This document shows, one piece after another, positions 20,275 through 30,117 of a stretch of DNA of 51,921 nucleotides. The stretch's first letter is position 1. Every line of letters begins with the position of its first letter. Source of the stretch: a virus (Duplodnaviria > Caudoviricetes); the IMG/VR virus record IMGVR_UViG_3300025251_001815, positions 1 to 51,921 of that record. One strand, written 5' to 3'. The notes below the pieces were generated by a model that did no database searches, had not been told where the DNA came from, and saw only the letters and a list, made by a program, of their open reading frames with translations. A program made the translations under genes and the position numbers.

Positions 20275-23200
20275 TTAATCGCTAAATGATGCCCCTGAAT
20301 TCGTTATAATGAAGTCAATCAGGAAGAATTCAACCGCCTTGGTGGGCTTAAGGAATAGCTTCGCATAAATTGTATTCTGGTCAATCAAATCCGGCGTCGT
20401 CGTGGTTTCGTCCAACACCAGCTTGTAATCATCAATGCCGAATCTAGATCTCATATCGTTTAGAATCGGAGTTACGTTATTGGTGAATCTTGACCACGTT
20501 GCAGGCACATTAGGCTCAAACAGAAGCTGCGCTGCGACTTGGGAAATGGCCTTCTTGGCGAAGACAAGCATTCTTCTTACATTAATTCTATCAAGGGCCG
20601 ATGCCTTTGTTTGCATCGTCTTTTGACCGAAGATCACAATGCCTTCAGACGGGAATGATGCAATCGGATTAATATTGTCAGCATACAGGTCGTCTCTTTC
20701 CTTGGCCGATAGCTTGTGCGAAATGTTTACAACAGTCACACCAGCGTTACCGGCAGTTAGCCCACCACGGTTAAAGCCAGCAGGCGCAAACCAGGGTGCC
20801 TCGACGAGATCCGTAAAGGACATGGCTCCAAGAGCAACAACAGACGGTGGTACCCAAACCAGGGCATTGCTGATCGTGTCTCTAATCTGCACCCACGGGA
20901 AATACGTTGCACCATAGCTGTTATTAATAAACCTATTTCGAAGAGTCGTAATAGCGGTTGATACAACCGGCTTACGAACCGCCTCAGCGAGTGCAGACTC
21001 TGCCTTGGGAATATAATCATTCTCAAGGTCAATGACGGCAAGCGCATCGCCTCTCTCTTCGCACATCTCAATGAGATATTGTGTAAGACTCGGATTCTTA
21101 AGACCCGGAACAGAAGCCAAATTGAACTCGGCATCTTCCGGCTTACGAATTGCGTCAACGGCTCTTCTAACAGTGTAGTAATTTGCACTATTTAATTCAC
21201 CAAAAACAGTCCCGCCATTCAGCGTTCTTAAGATCGGCTCTTTTTCTGTAATGTCGAAGCCATCATAACCACCAAACATAACAGTGGTGAATTGATCATA
21301 GCCAGCATCCAATACGTTTTTATAAGATGAGCCACTCGTTGGAGAGAGGACCTTTGCCCCCGCCCCATTGGTGACAATGCCAGCATTTACAGCACCAGCA
21401 GTAAATGATCTTCCCTCGACGCGCAGGAACTCCTGGTACCTAGCATGCTCACCTGTATAGCCGGCAACATGCGGGGCCGTCCCCTCCGCAGAGCCACTGT
21501 ACGGGCCAATATCATCAAGTGAGAATATAAAAGAATTCTCAGTCTGTGTATTTGTCGTAGTGGAATCCAGTGTGTCAGGGAATGCACGAAGCAAGTCTTT
21601 AACAGATTTATCGAATAGTCCGTTTTCATCATCGGTATATACACCGAAATAGGCGTCGGTCGAATTGGCCAGCGCCCCGCTGACGTCCAGCGTACTCTTT
21701 CTTAATTGCAATCTTGGGTATACAACCGTGCCAGTGAAGAGGCACCCGCCCGTAAGGGGCTGAGCGGTTTCTCCCAAGAAGGCCGCAATGTCATTGAAGC
21801 CTTGCACAGGAACAGTCCCGACTGCAAGAGTACTATCAGATTGTGAGTCTACAACGTATGTGACATCCGTGGACGAGAGCCATCCGCCTCCACGACCGCC
21901 AGCGACGCCTCCAGGGGTGGTTGCGACAGAAATAGCAGTTTCGCTTGTGCCAACTGTCGTATTTGTTACACTCTTAAAATTAGAGGCCCCTGCGGCCCCT
22001 GCGGCTTCGCCTAGGTTATACCCATGCCCATCTCCAATGAGGCCCCATTTTAGATATCTTTGAGGACCGAAGGCACCAAATGGTAGCCACTCCGGCTCGC
22101 CATTGTCTTCAAGAGACTCGTTCATTTCAACACGAATATAATCAGATTGGTTTACAAACTGCCCATACTCAATATTTCTTCTTGACGCCTCATCCCAATC
22201 AGCATATCTATCACCAATTCTCTTGGCAATATAGTTATCGGAATTTGGATTCAAATTACAATTAGTGAATACCTCAACGTCTTGAATGTTTACGTCTGAG
22301 TCTTGCATGCGTCTCACTCTTACGGTGAACGAGCCATAGGGGTCTGCATCGGGGTTCGATGAATAGCTAATATCACTAATTGACACCTTATACCGTGCCT
22401 GATCGTACTCGCCTCCGTTTCTGCCATGCAAGCGGAACAACCTGGGCATGTTCGCTGCCCGATACGCAGTATTATTATCGCTCATGTCCTGAGCAATAAA
22501 CCAGCCGGTGGCTGCTCTTTGGAACGCCTTTCTATTCTCTGCGTGATTGACGTTCGTATTGCCCATTCCAAAAATCGCGCCATGCCAAGTCGTAGAGCTT
22601 CTAAGGGAGGGTATTACCCACTCATCCTCTCTAAGCCATTCTTCATATGATTCTCCTAACCAGTATGTTTCAGTGGTATCCGCAGAATACAAATCAGTAT
22701 TAGTCTTCGCAGGATTTGTATTAAACACCTTTCTAATAAACAAATCAGAAGTCTTATTAAAGTTAAATCTCGTCCCCTTGCTAAGGGCTCCCGAATCGTC
22801 GTAAATTTCCACTCGAAATTCATTACCGAGACCAGAGCCACCTTCGGATGTGAACAGTGCGTTTGTTCCAGTTACAGATGTCTTACCGGCAGCAGCATTA
22901 GCGAAGGTGGAATTCGCGCCGGGTCCAAAGGTTCTCAGCGTGCCCGAGAGAACAACTTTGCCGCCCGCAGGAAGATACCAAACGGCAGCCAAGGTGCCAG
23001 TTATCGGCAGGTGGCCATCACCCGCTGCGGGGACGCCCGTGGTGGTTCTGCAACTTGAGGACGGCCATACAAAGAGGCCATATGCGCCACCAACAGCAGA
23101 AGACGTGGCATTAACGCTCAGCGCATTTGCATGCCAGCCAGCACGGCCAGCAGTGGCGCGCTCAGTGTGTTCAGTGCCTAAAAGACGGACATATGTGGCA

Positions 23201-23487
23201 GTTTCACCATTTTTAAGCCATGCTTGCATAGCATATGAGCCGTAAGTTGGACCCATTAAGTTACCATCGCGCCATACATCATCAGCACTAATGCCAGCGA
23301 CAGGCTCACCAAACTTTTGAACGAATTCGTCAAAGGAGCGAACAGTCACAGGGACCATCGCTGGTCCTCTTAGGGAGCGGCCAATAACAATCGGCCCCAG
23401 GGCGAGATTTTCCGCAGGTAATTGGGACTGATCAATCTCATTAACAAACACCCCAGGTGAAATAAATTTAAAGCTTTTTTCTGCCAT
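20275..23487 (-). CDS. Contractile tail sheath protein (gp18-like), expanded to 1070 aa
   Basis: SPGVFVNEIDQS, GPAMVPV, YFPWV, VPPS, PWFAPAGFNRG, INPI, FGQKT, DRINVRR, FEPN, KPTKAVEF. Confidence 0.95.
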   Translation of the reverse strand: MAEKSFKFISPGVFVNEIDQSQLPAENLALGPIVIGRSLRGPAMVPVTVRSFDEFVQKFGEPVAGISADDVWRDGNLMGPTYGSYAMQAWLKNGETATYVRLLGTEHTERATAGRAGWHANALSVNATSSAVGGAYGLFVWPSSSCRTTTGVPAAGDGHLPITGTLAAVWYLPAGGKVVLSGTLRTFGPGANSTFANAAAGKTSVTGTNALFTSEGGSGLGNEFRVEIYDDSGALSKGTRFNFNKTSDLFIRKVFNTNPAKTNTDLYSADTTETYWLGESYEEWLREDEWVIPSLRSSTTWHGAIFGMGNTNVNHAENRKAFQRAATGWFIAQDMSDNNTAYRAANMPRLFRLHGRNGGEYDQARYKVSISDISYSSNPDADPYGSFTVRVRRMQDSDVNIQDVEVFTNCNLNPNSDNYIAKRIGDRYADWDEASRRNIEYGQFVNQSDYIRVEMNESLEDNGEPEWLPFGAFGPQRYLKWGLIGDGHGYNLGEAAGAAGASNFKSVTNTTVGTSETAISVATTPGGVAGGRGGGWLSSTDVTYVVDSQSDSTLAVGTVPVQGFNDIAAFLGETAQPLTGGCLFTGTVVYPRLQLRKSTLDVSGALANSTDAYFGVYTDDENGLFDKSVKDLLRAFPDTLDSTTTNTQTENSFIFSLDDIGPYSGSAEGTAPHVAGYTGEHARYQEFLRVEGRSFTAGAVNAGIVTNGAGAKVLSPTSGSSYKNVLDAGYDQFTTVMFGGYDGFDITEKEPILRTLNGGTVFGELNSANYYTVRRAVDAIRKPEDAEFNLASVPGLKNPSLTQYLIEMCEERGDALAVIDLENDYIPKAESALAEAVRKPVVSTAITTLRNRFINNSYGATYFPWVQIRDTISNALVWVPPSVVALGAMSFTDLVEAPWFAPAGFNRGGLTAGNAGVTVVNISHKLSAKERDDLYADNINPIASFPSEGIVIFGQKTMQTKASALDRINVRRMLVFAKKAISQVAAQLLFEPNVPATWSRFTNNVTPILNDMRSRFGIDDYKLVLDETTTTPDLIDQNTIYAKLFLKPTKAVEFFLIDFIITNSGASFSD

Positions 23488-23524
23488 TACAAAGGTCTCC
23501 CATTTTCAGCATTTATATTCTTTA

Positions 23525-23532
23525 TAATTAGT
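23525..23532 (-). promoter_or_regulatory. Putative late promoter ACTAATTA
   Basis: Octamer upstream of the sheath start. Confidence 0.65.
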
Positions 23533-23557
23533 ATAAGGGCGCAGCAAAATGCATTTA

Positions 23558-24400
23558 TTATGGTATTTCACCTTTAAGTACAGTTTCTTGCACGAATCGT
23601 ATATCTGGGCGGCCTTCCCTGACAATAATTTTCGGTGTTTCTTGATTTCGATCCGCGCCGATTATATATCCCACTACCTTGATCATTACCTGGGTCTCAT
23701 ACTTTCTATCATCCAATTGCATCATATCTATGTTATTTACGAAAGAATAATCACCTTGAATAAAGGATTCATAGGTGTGGCCATCCTTGTGCAAGAGAAA
23801 TGAGTCTAGTGCGCCTGTCTTGGTTGCAAATACGCTGATTGCATCATTCATCTGTTGCGCATACTCTGTTCTTATGTTAACTGCGTACATTATGGTTAGG
23901 TGAACTGGAAACGGTACCGTTACTGTCTCGTAGACGACCTTTTGATTTCCTACCGGGTGATACGGTTGTGTGCCCGACGTTATTTGCAGAGAGGCCGCAT
24001 TTGCGCGATCTGCGGTCTTTTCGTGTTGTACCTGGCGTGCTATCGTAATAGATCCCCTCTTGGCGTCATACGGGCTATTTATTGACGGTGGGAATAGATA
24101 GGCTCCATAGCCTGCCCTTTCAGACAGATCCTTTATAACCGATTTCCTTTCGATTGAAATTAGCGGAAATATCAGGGTACCCTCGTCGTCCCGGATGTTT
24201 TGATCATGCTTCGATAAAAACGCCCTCTCTGGAGAAACGAATTTAACGGGGACCTTGCGCCACCCTTCATTGTTCTCCGTATGGATGTCCAGCACCTCAT
24301 CTACCCATTCGTACATCGCAAAATCAATGGTTTCTAGGGTGGAGGGTTCTAGCAAGATCTCCTTCTTATTAATGTCATTATCGATATCGTAATTTGGCAT
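23558..24400 (-). CDS. Tail terminator / sheath stabiliser (gp15-like)
   Basis: KVPVKFVSPER, FPLISIER, PVHLTIMY.V.I......QMN; lies between neck and sheath genes. Confidence 0.7.
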   Translation of the reverse strand: MPNYDIDNDINKKEILLEPSTLETIDFAMYEWVDEVLDIHTENNEGWRKVPVKFVSPERAFLSKHDQNIRDDEGTLIFPLISIERKSVIKDLSERAGYGAYLFPPSINSPYDAKRGSITIARQVQHEKTADRANAASLQITSGTQPYHPVGNQKVVYETVTVPFPVHLTIMYAVNIRTEYAQQMNDAISVFATKTGALDSFLLHKDGHTYESFIQGDYSFVNNIDMMQLDDRKYETQVMIKVVGYIIGADRNQETPKIIVREGRPDIRFVQETVLKGEIP

Positions 24401-24903
24401 TAGATTTCATTCCTTCTGTGGGTCTCGACAGTGAACGTTCCCTTTCTGGCCCTCACACACTCAGCCGAGACTTCCATTTTGTGATCAATTTGACCATATA
24501 TCTCTTTCGGTTCTCTTAGCTTGACAATCTCGTAAAACTGCTCTCCGTAAAGAACAAAGTCGCCTTCTCTAACAAACAGGTCTTGGTCCTCAGTTAATCG
24601 CCGCTTATGGAAATGAACCGTAATCCTAGTTCTCCTATCAATTCCATAGTTTGTCGTGTTCGTTTCATTATCATCAAAATCAACAAGGACATTTATATGG
24701 ACTGGATCCGTAAAGGATTTATTTATCGATTCCCCGTACAATGGATGAAAATTAGAGTGTTCTAGGCTAACCGGATAATACGCGATTCTCTGCCCAATCA
24801 CATACTCAATGATCTCATCATTGATTTGTTTTACTAGGTTGCGTTCCTTCTGTCCAAGAAACAACGGGGGTGGCGGTGCAGCCTGTTTATTTTTCTTTGC
24901 CAT
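24400..24903 (-). CDS. Neck / head-closure protein (gp14-like)
   Basis: IGQRIAYY, PLYGES..K.F, EGDFVLYG..FYEI; position next to the gp13-like gene. Confidence 0.7.
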   Translation of the reverse strand: MAKKNKQAAPPPPLFLGQKERNLVKQINDEIIEYVIGQRIAYYPVSLEHSNFHPLYGESINKSFTDPVHINVLVDFDDNETNTTNYGIDRRTRITVHFHKRRLTEDQDLFVREGDFVLYGEQFYEIVKLREPKEIYGQIDHKMEVSAECVRARKGTFTVETHRRNEI

Positions 24904-24909
24904 TCATGA

Positions 24910-26136
24910 TTACCCCACGTAAATCCCGCCAGGACTATTTTTAAGAGCATTCATGGCCGCATCTCCCGCCTCTGCCTCTCTACGAGCAACCTCTGAATAT
25001 ACCATTTCATCCAAGAGCTTCTGAAGTTCCTGCTTCAAGGATAACTTTTCTTCTTTCGATTGTGCCGATAATTCAGCGTGATTTAAGGTAACCGAACCAT
25101 TCGGAATTGGAAGAGCGGCAACTTTTCCTCTTACTTGTGCCAAAATCCCCTTTGCAACTGCCAAGGCATATCTTCTAATCCAGTGCTTGCCAATACTATT
25201 AATATTTTTATACGGTATATTCGCCAATGGAATAGTATTAATATTATTAATGCCATCATGCCCTAAGTTTTTGTCTTCCGCCTCTGAGGTCCACGGATCT
25301 CTTGGAATCATATATCGAATCCAAATCTTATCCGGCGAAGATGCCTTGGGAACAGGGTAGAGCCTAAGCGTGTTATTCATTAATTCATAAGAATAATGAG
25401 ACACTCTTACATGTAAAGCATCTTCATAAGACATGGCCTGGGCCTTGTTTTGCCAGACCGGGACTATGTGGAAAACACTATCATCAGAATATTGTCCATA
25501 CGAGTTAGCATTGCCGACCATGCCAAGGTTACCGTAAAATCCAAAAAAGCGCCACATGGCCATTGGAGAGCGGTAATACACGTCTTTCACTATAATTTTT
25601 CTTCTCTCCGACGGGCTCTTATAGCTCGCTGACGCCAATATGACATCATCTAGATTATAGTCTTGTGTCCCTACTATCACATCAATGGAGGCAGAATACA
25701 TTGTATGATTTCCACCAACCTTTACCTCCGAAGAGTACGCAGATGCGATCCTCTTTGAGAACCCATAGCCATAGTCGGGAAATTTTTGTGAAATATTTGT
25801 TCCAGAGATTATCTCTCCATCTTGATTAAAAGTGCCCGTCGTATAGCCCAAAACGCTCATTAGTACATTTTTAGCTTGATGAGAATTCACCATATAGGAA
25901 TACTCTAATACGGCTTCTTCATATGAGGTATAAACATCGCTCGTGGTTAATTCAATCTCCAATACATTCCCACCCAATTGTGAGTATGTATACGCAACCT
26001 GATCAACTGCTCCTTGAACAAAATACTGTTCTTCTTCATATACACCAAAAGGTAGGTTTGCAACATCAGCATGCGTGCCCGTTGATGGCAGCCTGATAGC
26101 CGGTGTTTGCGATGTTGGGTTTAGTATATGTGCCAT
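24910..26136 (-). CDS. Neck / head-tail adaptor (gp13-like)
   Basis: LGGNVLEIELT, LRLYPVP, WIRRYALAVAKGILAQVRGK...PNGSVTLN. Confidence 0.8.
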   Translation of the reverse strand: MAHILNPTSQTPAIRLPSTGTHADVANLPFGVYEEEQYFVQGAVDQVAYTYSQLGGNVLEIELTTSDVYTSYEEAVLEYSYMVNSHQAKNVLMSVLGYTTGTFNQDGEIISGTNISQKFPDYGYGFSKRIASAYSSEVKVGGNHTMYSASIDVIVGTQDYNLDDVILASASYKSPSERRKIIVKDVYYRSPMAMWRFFGFYGNLGMVGNANSYGQYSDDSVFHIVPVWQNKAQAMSYEDALHVRVSHYSYELMNNTLRLYPVPKASSPDKIWIRYMIPRDPWTSEAEDKNLGHDGINNINTIPLANIPYKNINSIGKHWIRRYALAVAKGILAQVRGKVAALPIPNGSVTLNHAELSAQSKEEKLSLKQELQKLLDEMVYSEVARREAEAGDAAMNALKNSPGGIYVG

Positions 26137-26140
26137 GTAT

Positions 26141-26148
26141 TAATTAGT
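26141..26148 (-). promoter_or_regulatory. Putative late promoter ACTAATTA, 4 nt before the ATG
   Basis: Minus strand ACTAATTA-ATAC-ATG, directly after the capsid gene terminator. Confidence 0.65.
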
Positions 26149-26167
26149 TTATGGAATGCTTTGCAGT

Positions 26168-26204
26168 AAATAAAAACCCCCGGCCAACAGAGTCAGCCGA
26201 GGGT
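26168..26204 (-). terminator. Rho-independent terminator after the major capsid gene
   Basis: Minus strand ACCCTCGGC-TGACTCTGTTG-GCCGGGGGT followed by TTTTATTT. Confidence 0.85.
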
Positions 26205-26228
26205 CCTATTAGAACAACCTATTGGTTA

Positions 26229-28157
26229 CTAGCCGCCAGTGCTATCGCCAAGTAGGTCAGTCACGATCACGATACCATACATATCAGGTCGAACCATCTT
26301 CTTACCGTAACGGGTCATTACACCCTTGTTCGGTACGAAGGTGTCCGGATCGTAAATCAGCGGAGTGGTCTGTAGTGGCACATAAGGTGCGTATACATAG
26401 CCGCTCTCTAGGAAGCTGTTACCCTTACGTCCTACAAGAACAACGTTCCGATAGAAGTAGGGGTTGACGTAAACGTCAAACTTCTTGCTGAGTGAACCAA
26501 CCTTCACAGCGCCAGTCGTACCCTTGGAGTCGTCATGAGTGACGGCACCACGGAAACCAGCAGTAAACTCAAGGATGTTGGCAACCTCCGGAGAGACCAC
26601 AATAAAGTTGGCCCCACCTCTGAGAGTCTTACGATGGATCTGAGCAGACACATCATTAATCGTCTCAAGGAGAGTCTCATACCACTCACTAACATTACCA
26701 GTGAAGTCAGCGCCAAGCAAACTCTCGTTTGCAACCGTTGAAATAGGCTGCCCAGTCGTGCGATCTAGGAACCTACCGGGTAGGCGAGACCAGTACTGAG
26801 TACCTGCGGTTGCGTGCTTGACGAGATCCTGTAGAATCTCTTGGTCAATCTCAAGAGCAATCTGCTCAGAGAGAATCGACGTAAGCTCAACTTCGGCGTC
26901 AATATTGTGATAGGCATTTAGATCCTGAGAAAGCTCAGGAGTCCAACGAGCCTTAAGTTTCTTGGTAACGGCACGAATATCAATGGCATCGACCTTGATG
27001 TCGATTTCAGGGATTCGTACATTGCCACCATCAGCTAATCCGCCTCCGGTCTGACCAAACTCTAGACCCCATACGTCGTCACCGACAATAGAACCTAAAC
27101 CAGGAGCAGCATCGAAATCATCGCTAATCGCGAAGCCCCAGGTACGAGTTACAGCGGCCGAGGCCGGAGTACCATTCTCATCAGGGTCAAGGTACCGCAT
27201 GTCAGCAGTACGCCCACCGGCACCAGCAGCTTCTGTTCCAAAGGTGTAACACAATAGTACAGCCTTTGTAGAGACCAAGTCCTTCAATGGATCACCACCG
27301 TTATTAGGATCAATAATCCTAGTAAGCCTGCGGACCAGCGTACCAGATGCCGCAGTATCCGGGGCAGTCGTAACCGTTACGTTTTCTCTAATGGTCGTAG
27401 TATTGCGCTCATCCAACCGACCCTCACTGCCTGCCGCAACAGATGCAGTGAACGCATTAAAGTCCACAAATGCAAAGCCACAATAGGTACCAGAGGCAAT
27501 ATCTGGATCGTGTTGTAGTAACTTGGGTGCTGAGAACGACGACGTAGCCGCATTTCCGGCGAGAACTCGCCGTCCAGTTAGCTTCAGAGACAGATTCTCA
27601 TTGTTACTCGCCGTTCCCCACAAAACATCCATTGTGGTGACATCGGCGTGAGTTGCGCTCGTACCAGTAGGTGCAGCATAACCATTATTTAGGTTATAGA
27701 ATCCGCCACCACCATTAGTGACAAGATCCACACCACCAGTAATTTGAGCACCAACAACGTTACCACCGAATAGCGACTCATTCTGCGAGAGGCCGATATC
27801 CTTGTCGGGATCGCCTGCCTGGAAGTCCAGGAAGAAGATGAGACCGGATGGTAAACTCATTGGTTGTACTGATACGAGTTCATTAGCGATAAGATCACCA
27901 AACACTCGTCTTACAATTGGGAACGCAACTGCTGCAAAGCCTTCAACGTCACCAGCAGCCATTGAGGAAGCTTCTCGTAGAAGCTCTCCCGCCTGGTTCT
28001 CTAGTAACATGGCCATATTGCTGCACTCGTTTTGGGCGGCAGTGTCTTCAAGACCTTCAAGAAGTCCTGTCTGCTCCCACTTTTCAACTAGCGCGGCATT
28101 CTCAGCAGAAACATTGCGTTCAACAATATCTTTTGTTAAAGCTTTTAAAACTGACAT
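26229..28157 (-). CDS. Major capsid protein (T4 gp23-like)
   Basis: KWEQTGLLEGL, LLENQA, FPIVRRVF, VSVQPMSLPSGLIF, KLKARWTPELSQDLNAYHNIDAEVEL, ESGYVYAPYVPL, GVMTRYG. AGGAGG RBS. Confidence 0.96.
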   Translation of the reverse strand: MSVLKALTKDIVERNVSAENAALVEKWEQTGLLEGLEDTAAQNECSNMAMLLENQAGELLREASSMAAGDVEGFAAVAFPIVRRVFGDLIANELVSVQPMSLPSGLIFFLDFQAGDPDKDIGLSQNESLFGGNVVGAQITGGVDLVTNGGGGFYNLNNGYAAPTGTSATHADVTTMDVLWGTASNNENLSLKLTGRRVLAGNAATSSFSAPKLLQHDPDIASGTYCGFAFVDFNAFTASVAAGSEGRLDERNTTTIRENVTVTTAPDTAASGTLVRRLTRIIDPNNGGDPLKDLVSTKAVLLCYTFGTEAAGAGGRTADMRYLDPDENGTPASAAVTRTWGFAISDDFDAAPGLGSIVGDDVWGLEFGQTGGGLADGGNVRIPEIDIKVDAIDIRAVTKKLKARWTPELSQDLNAYHNIDAEVELTSILSEQIALEIDQEILQDLVKHATAGTQYWSRLPGRFLDRTTGQPISTVANESLLGADFTGNVSEWYETLLETINDVSAQIHRKTLRGGANFIVVSPEVANILEFTAGFRGAVTHDDSKGTTGAVKVGSLSKKFDVYVNPYFYRNVVLVGRKGNSFLESGYVYAPYVPLQTTPLIYDPDTFVPNKGVMTRYGKKMVRPDMYGIVIVTDLLGDSTGG

Positions 28158-28185
28158 AGTTTTGTTTCCTCCTAAAAATTGTCAA

Positions 28186-29265
28186 TTATTTAATTCCTGC
28201 TAATCGCTGCATGCGAGAAATTGCCGGTTTAACCTGCTTGCTTTCTCTCACAAGAAGTCGATTAGAAGAGCGCTTTTCTACTGCCTCAGAAAGTGACTCT
28301 GGTCTGCCGCTACTCGCAGCAGAGCCCACTGTACTCTGAAGTGCTTCATAAATCGCTCGGGCTTCTTGCATACTCCGCGTTTCTTTGATAGATTTGACAA
28401 GCTTTTCTTTTTGTCTCTCATTTAACGAGCTATCTTGTAGAACGCGATTTGAATATAACAATTTTGCTCCAGATACCGTTACAGTATCTAATTCTTCTTT
28501 TAGTATGTTCATTGTCTCTTCATATTTTGCTACTTTCTCAGTTAAAAGAGAGACCTTTTCTTTATTTCTTTTAACCTCTGCCAAAAGCAGCTTGTTATTT
28601 TCGTTTGCTTCTTGTAGAACTGAGTTTTCCTCGTTCTTCTTGTCCAGTCGCGCGAGGCCCTCTTCGGTTAGCTCCAAGGAATCTTCGGGCTCTTCTTCGG
28701 CTGGCTCTTCTAGGGCCTCGCCTTCCGGCTCTAGGGCCATCTCTTCTTCGGCTGGCTCTTCTAGGCCTCCGCCAAGAGTCTCGTCTCTATCGAGCATTTC
28801 GTCTCCAAGCATTTCATCCTCTTCTTGACCCAAGAGCTTCTCAAGCTCTCCAAGGTCAAGACGAAGCTCCGCAGAGCCCACGGCCTCACCATCTTCAACC
28901 GACATGTCATCAAGATTAATTGTCAGTGTAATTTCCTCGTCGCCGCCCTCAGAGGCAGAATTCGGAAGACCCTCTAGCTCGCCAAGGTCCTCTTTTTCAT
29001 CGCCTAGTCCCGCCGCTTCCGGTGGGAGGGGTGGCATTTCAGCAGCGGCTTCTTCACCGCCACCGCCACCAAGCATGAGATCATCCGGACCGGGCTGATC
29101 TGGGCTCATCGGCAGGCCTTCGTCGTCTTCCTTCTCAAGGATACTCTTAACGGCCTCTTTAACCTTCTCAGAATATTGCTCCAGAACTATCGTTTCTGCA
29201 TTTTTTAAAGCTATATTCCTAAGCTCTCTTGCATCGGCTATTGACTTTTCATATAATGACGACAT
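28186..29265 (-). CDS. Prohead core / scaffold protein
   Basis: Very acidic with a coiled coil, directly upstream of the capsid gene; C-terminal RMQRLAGI; many LxE sites. Confidence 0.75.
   Translation of the reverse strand: MSSLYEKSIADARELRNIALKNAETIVLEQYSEKVKEAVKSILEKEDDEGLPMSPDQPGPDDLMLGGGGGEEAAAEMPPLPPEAAGLGDEKEDLGELEGLPNSASEGGDEEITLTINLDDMSVEDGEAVGSAELRLDLGELEKLLGQEEDEMLGDEMLDRDETLGGGLEEPAEEEMALEPEGEALEEPAEEEPEDSLELTEEGLARLDKKNEENSVLQEANENNKLLLAEVKRNKEKVSLLTEKVAKYEETMNILKEELDTVTVSGAKLLYSNRVLQDSSLNERQKEKLVKSIKETRSMQEARAIYEALQSTVGSAASSGRPESLSEAVEKRSSNRLLVRESKQVKPAISRMQRLAGIK
28690..28765. repeat. 25-bp direct repeat (28690-28714 and 28741-28765) encoding LEEPAEEE twice
   Basis: Identical ctcttcttcggctggctcttctagg copies, 51 bp period, within the scaffold gene. 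Confidence 0.85.
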
Positions 29266-29293
29266 TTAAAAATCTCCTTACGCTCGGTCTTAT

Positions 29294-29301
29294 TAAATAG
29301 T
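29294..29301 (-). promoter_or_regulatory. Putative late promoter ACTATTTA
   Basis: Octamer variant upstream of the scaffold/capsid genes. Confidence 0.62.
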
Positions 29302-29375
29302 ATATAAAACATTTAAAATGCATTAATTACGCCGCTCTACACCATGGCCAAGGTGTCAAAAACCACAATCTTATA

Positions 29376-29873
29376 TTAGCCAACATCCCATCCAACCAAA
29401 CTAGCCGAAGCGAACGTTAGCCCAGAGCCAGTAAGTTGGTACATTTCACGTACCGGAATATGGGTTAATTCTGCAAAAAGCTGGTACCCCGATCCGGCTA
29501 TCATAGTAGTCGCGAAAATCTCAGTGCACTTAACGTTAAATGTCACGGAATCCTCGTCTGAGTCAAGCTGAATGTAGTGGTGTTGGTTGAAGACGTTTTC
29601 AGACCCGCCCGCACTACTTGTTGGGTTAAAATGGACTCTGATACTAGGTGTTGTGTTGACTGTGCCAGATGCAATTATGGTTACCGACTTGGCCACCGTT
29701 GGAAATTGTATCCTATGCGTTTGATTCACTTTCGTTGGCACACCGGTAGATAATTCTGCTGCCGTACCGGCCACGTTTCCCGTAATAAACGGGTATCCGG
29801 CTACTTGGTAGGAACCGACATTGCCAATCCCTGGTCTAGTCACGCCAAACGTTCTATTGCTGTTAACTCCCAA
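29376..29873 (-). CDS. Hypothetical virion protein (possible head decoration)
   Basis: 165 aa, beta-rich G/S/T composition, TTG start after GAGGGG; lies in the head module. Confidence 0.6.
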   Translation of the reverse strand: MGVNSNRTFGVTRPGIGNVGSYQVAGYPFITGNVAGTAAELSTGVPTKVNQTHRIQFPTVAKSVTIIASGTVNTTPSIRVHFNPTSSAGGSENVFNQHHYIQLDSDEDSVTFNVKCTEIFATTMIAGSGYQLFAELTHIPVREMYQLTGSGLTFASASLVGWDVG

Positions 29874-29888
29874 TTTGCACCCCTCTAG

Positions 29889-30113
29889 TTATCTTCTGTT
29901 TTTAAGTCTATTTTTGCGCTGTTCTTTTTTAACGCGTCTTTTCTGTTCGTTCCTTTTTTGGGAAAGTTTTTTATAATATTTTGTTCTTTCTATGTATTCT
30001 TCCAGGATTTTTAGTTTTGAAACTTTTTTCATAAATCTCTTGATCATCCTCTCCGGATCTGAGACTTCCTTACTTGTAATTTCAAAATTATACGGTCTTT
30101 TTCCCCTTCCCAT
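29889..30113 (-). CDS. rpsU: Phage-encoded ribosomal protein bS21 homologue
   Basis: ERMIKRFMKKVSKLKILEEYIERTKYYKKLSQKR aligns by eye with bS21 [28 protein letters not shown]..R. 74 aa, very basic tail. Confidence 0.8.
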   Translation of the reverse strand: MGRGKRPYNFEITSKEVSDPERMIKRFMKKVSKLKILEEYIERTKYYKKLSQKRNEQKRRVKKEQRKNRLKNRR

Positions 30114-30117
30114 TACT

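Noticed and set aside
28180-28185. TTGACA upstream of the capsid gene as a sigma70 -35
   Set aside because: No -10 at 16-18 bp spacing; that region is the RBS and start codon.
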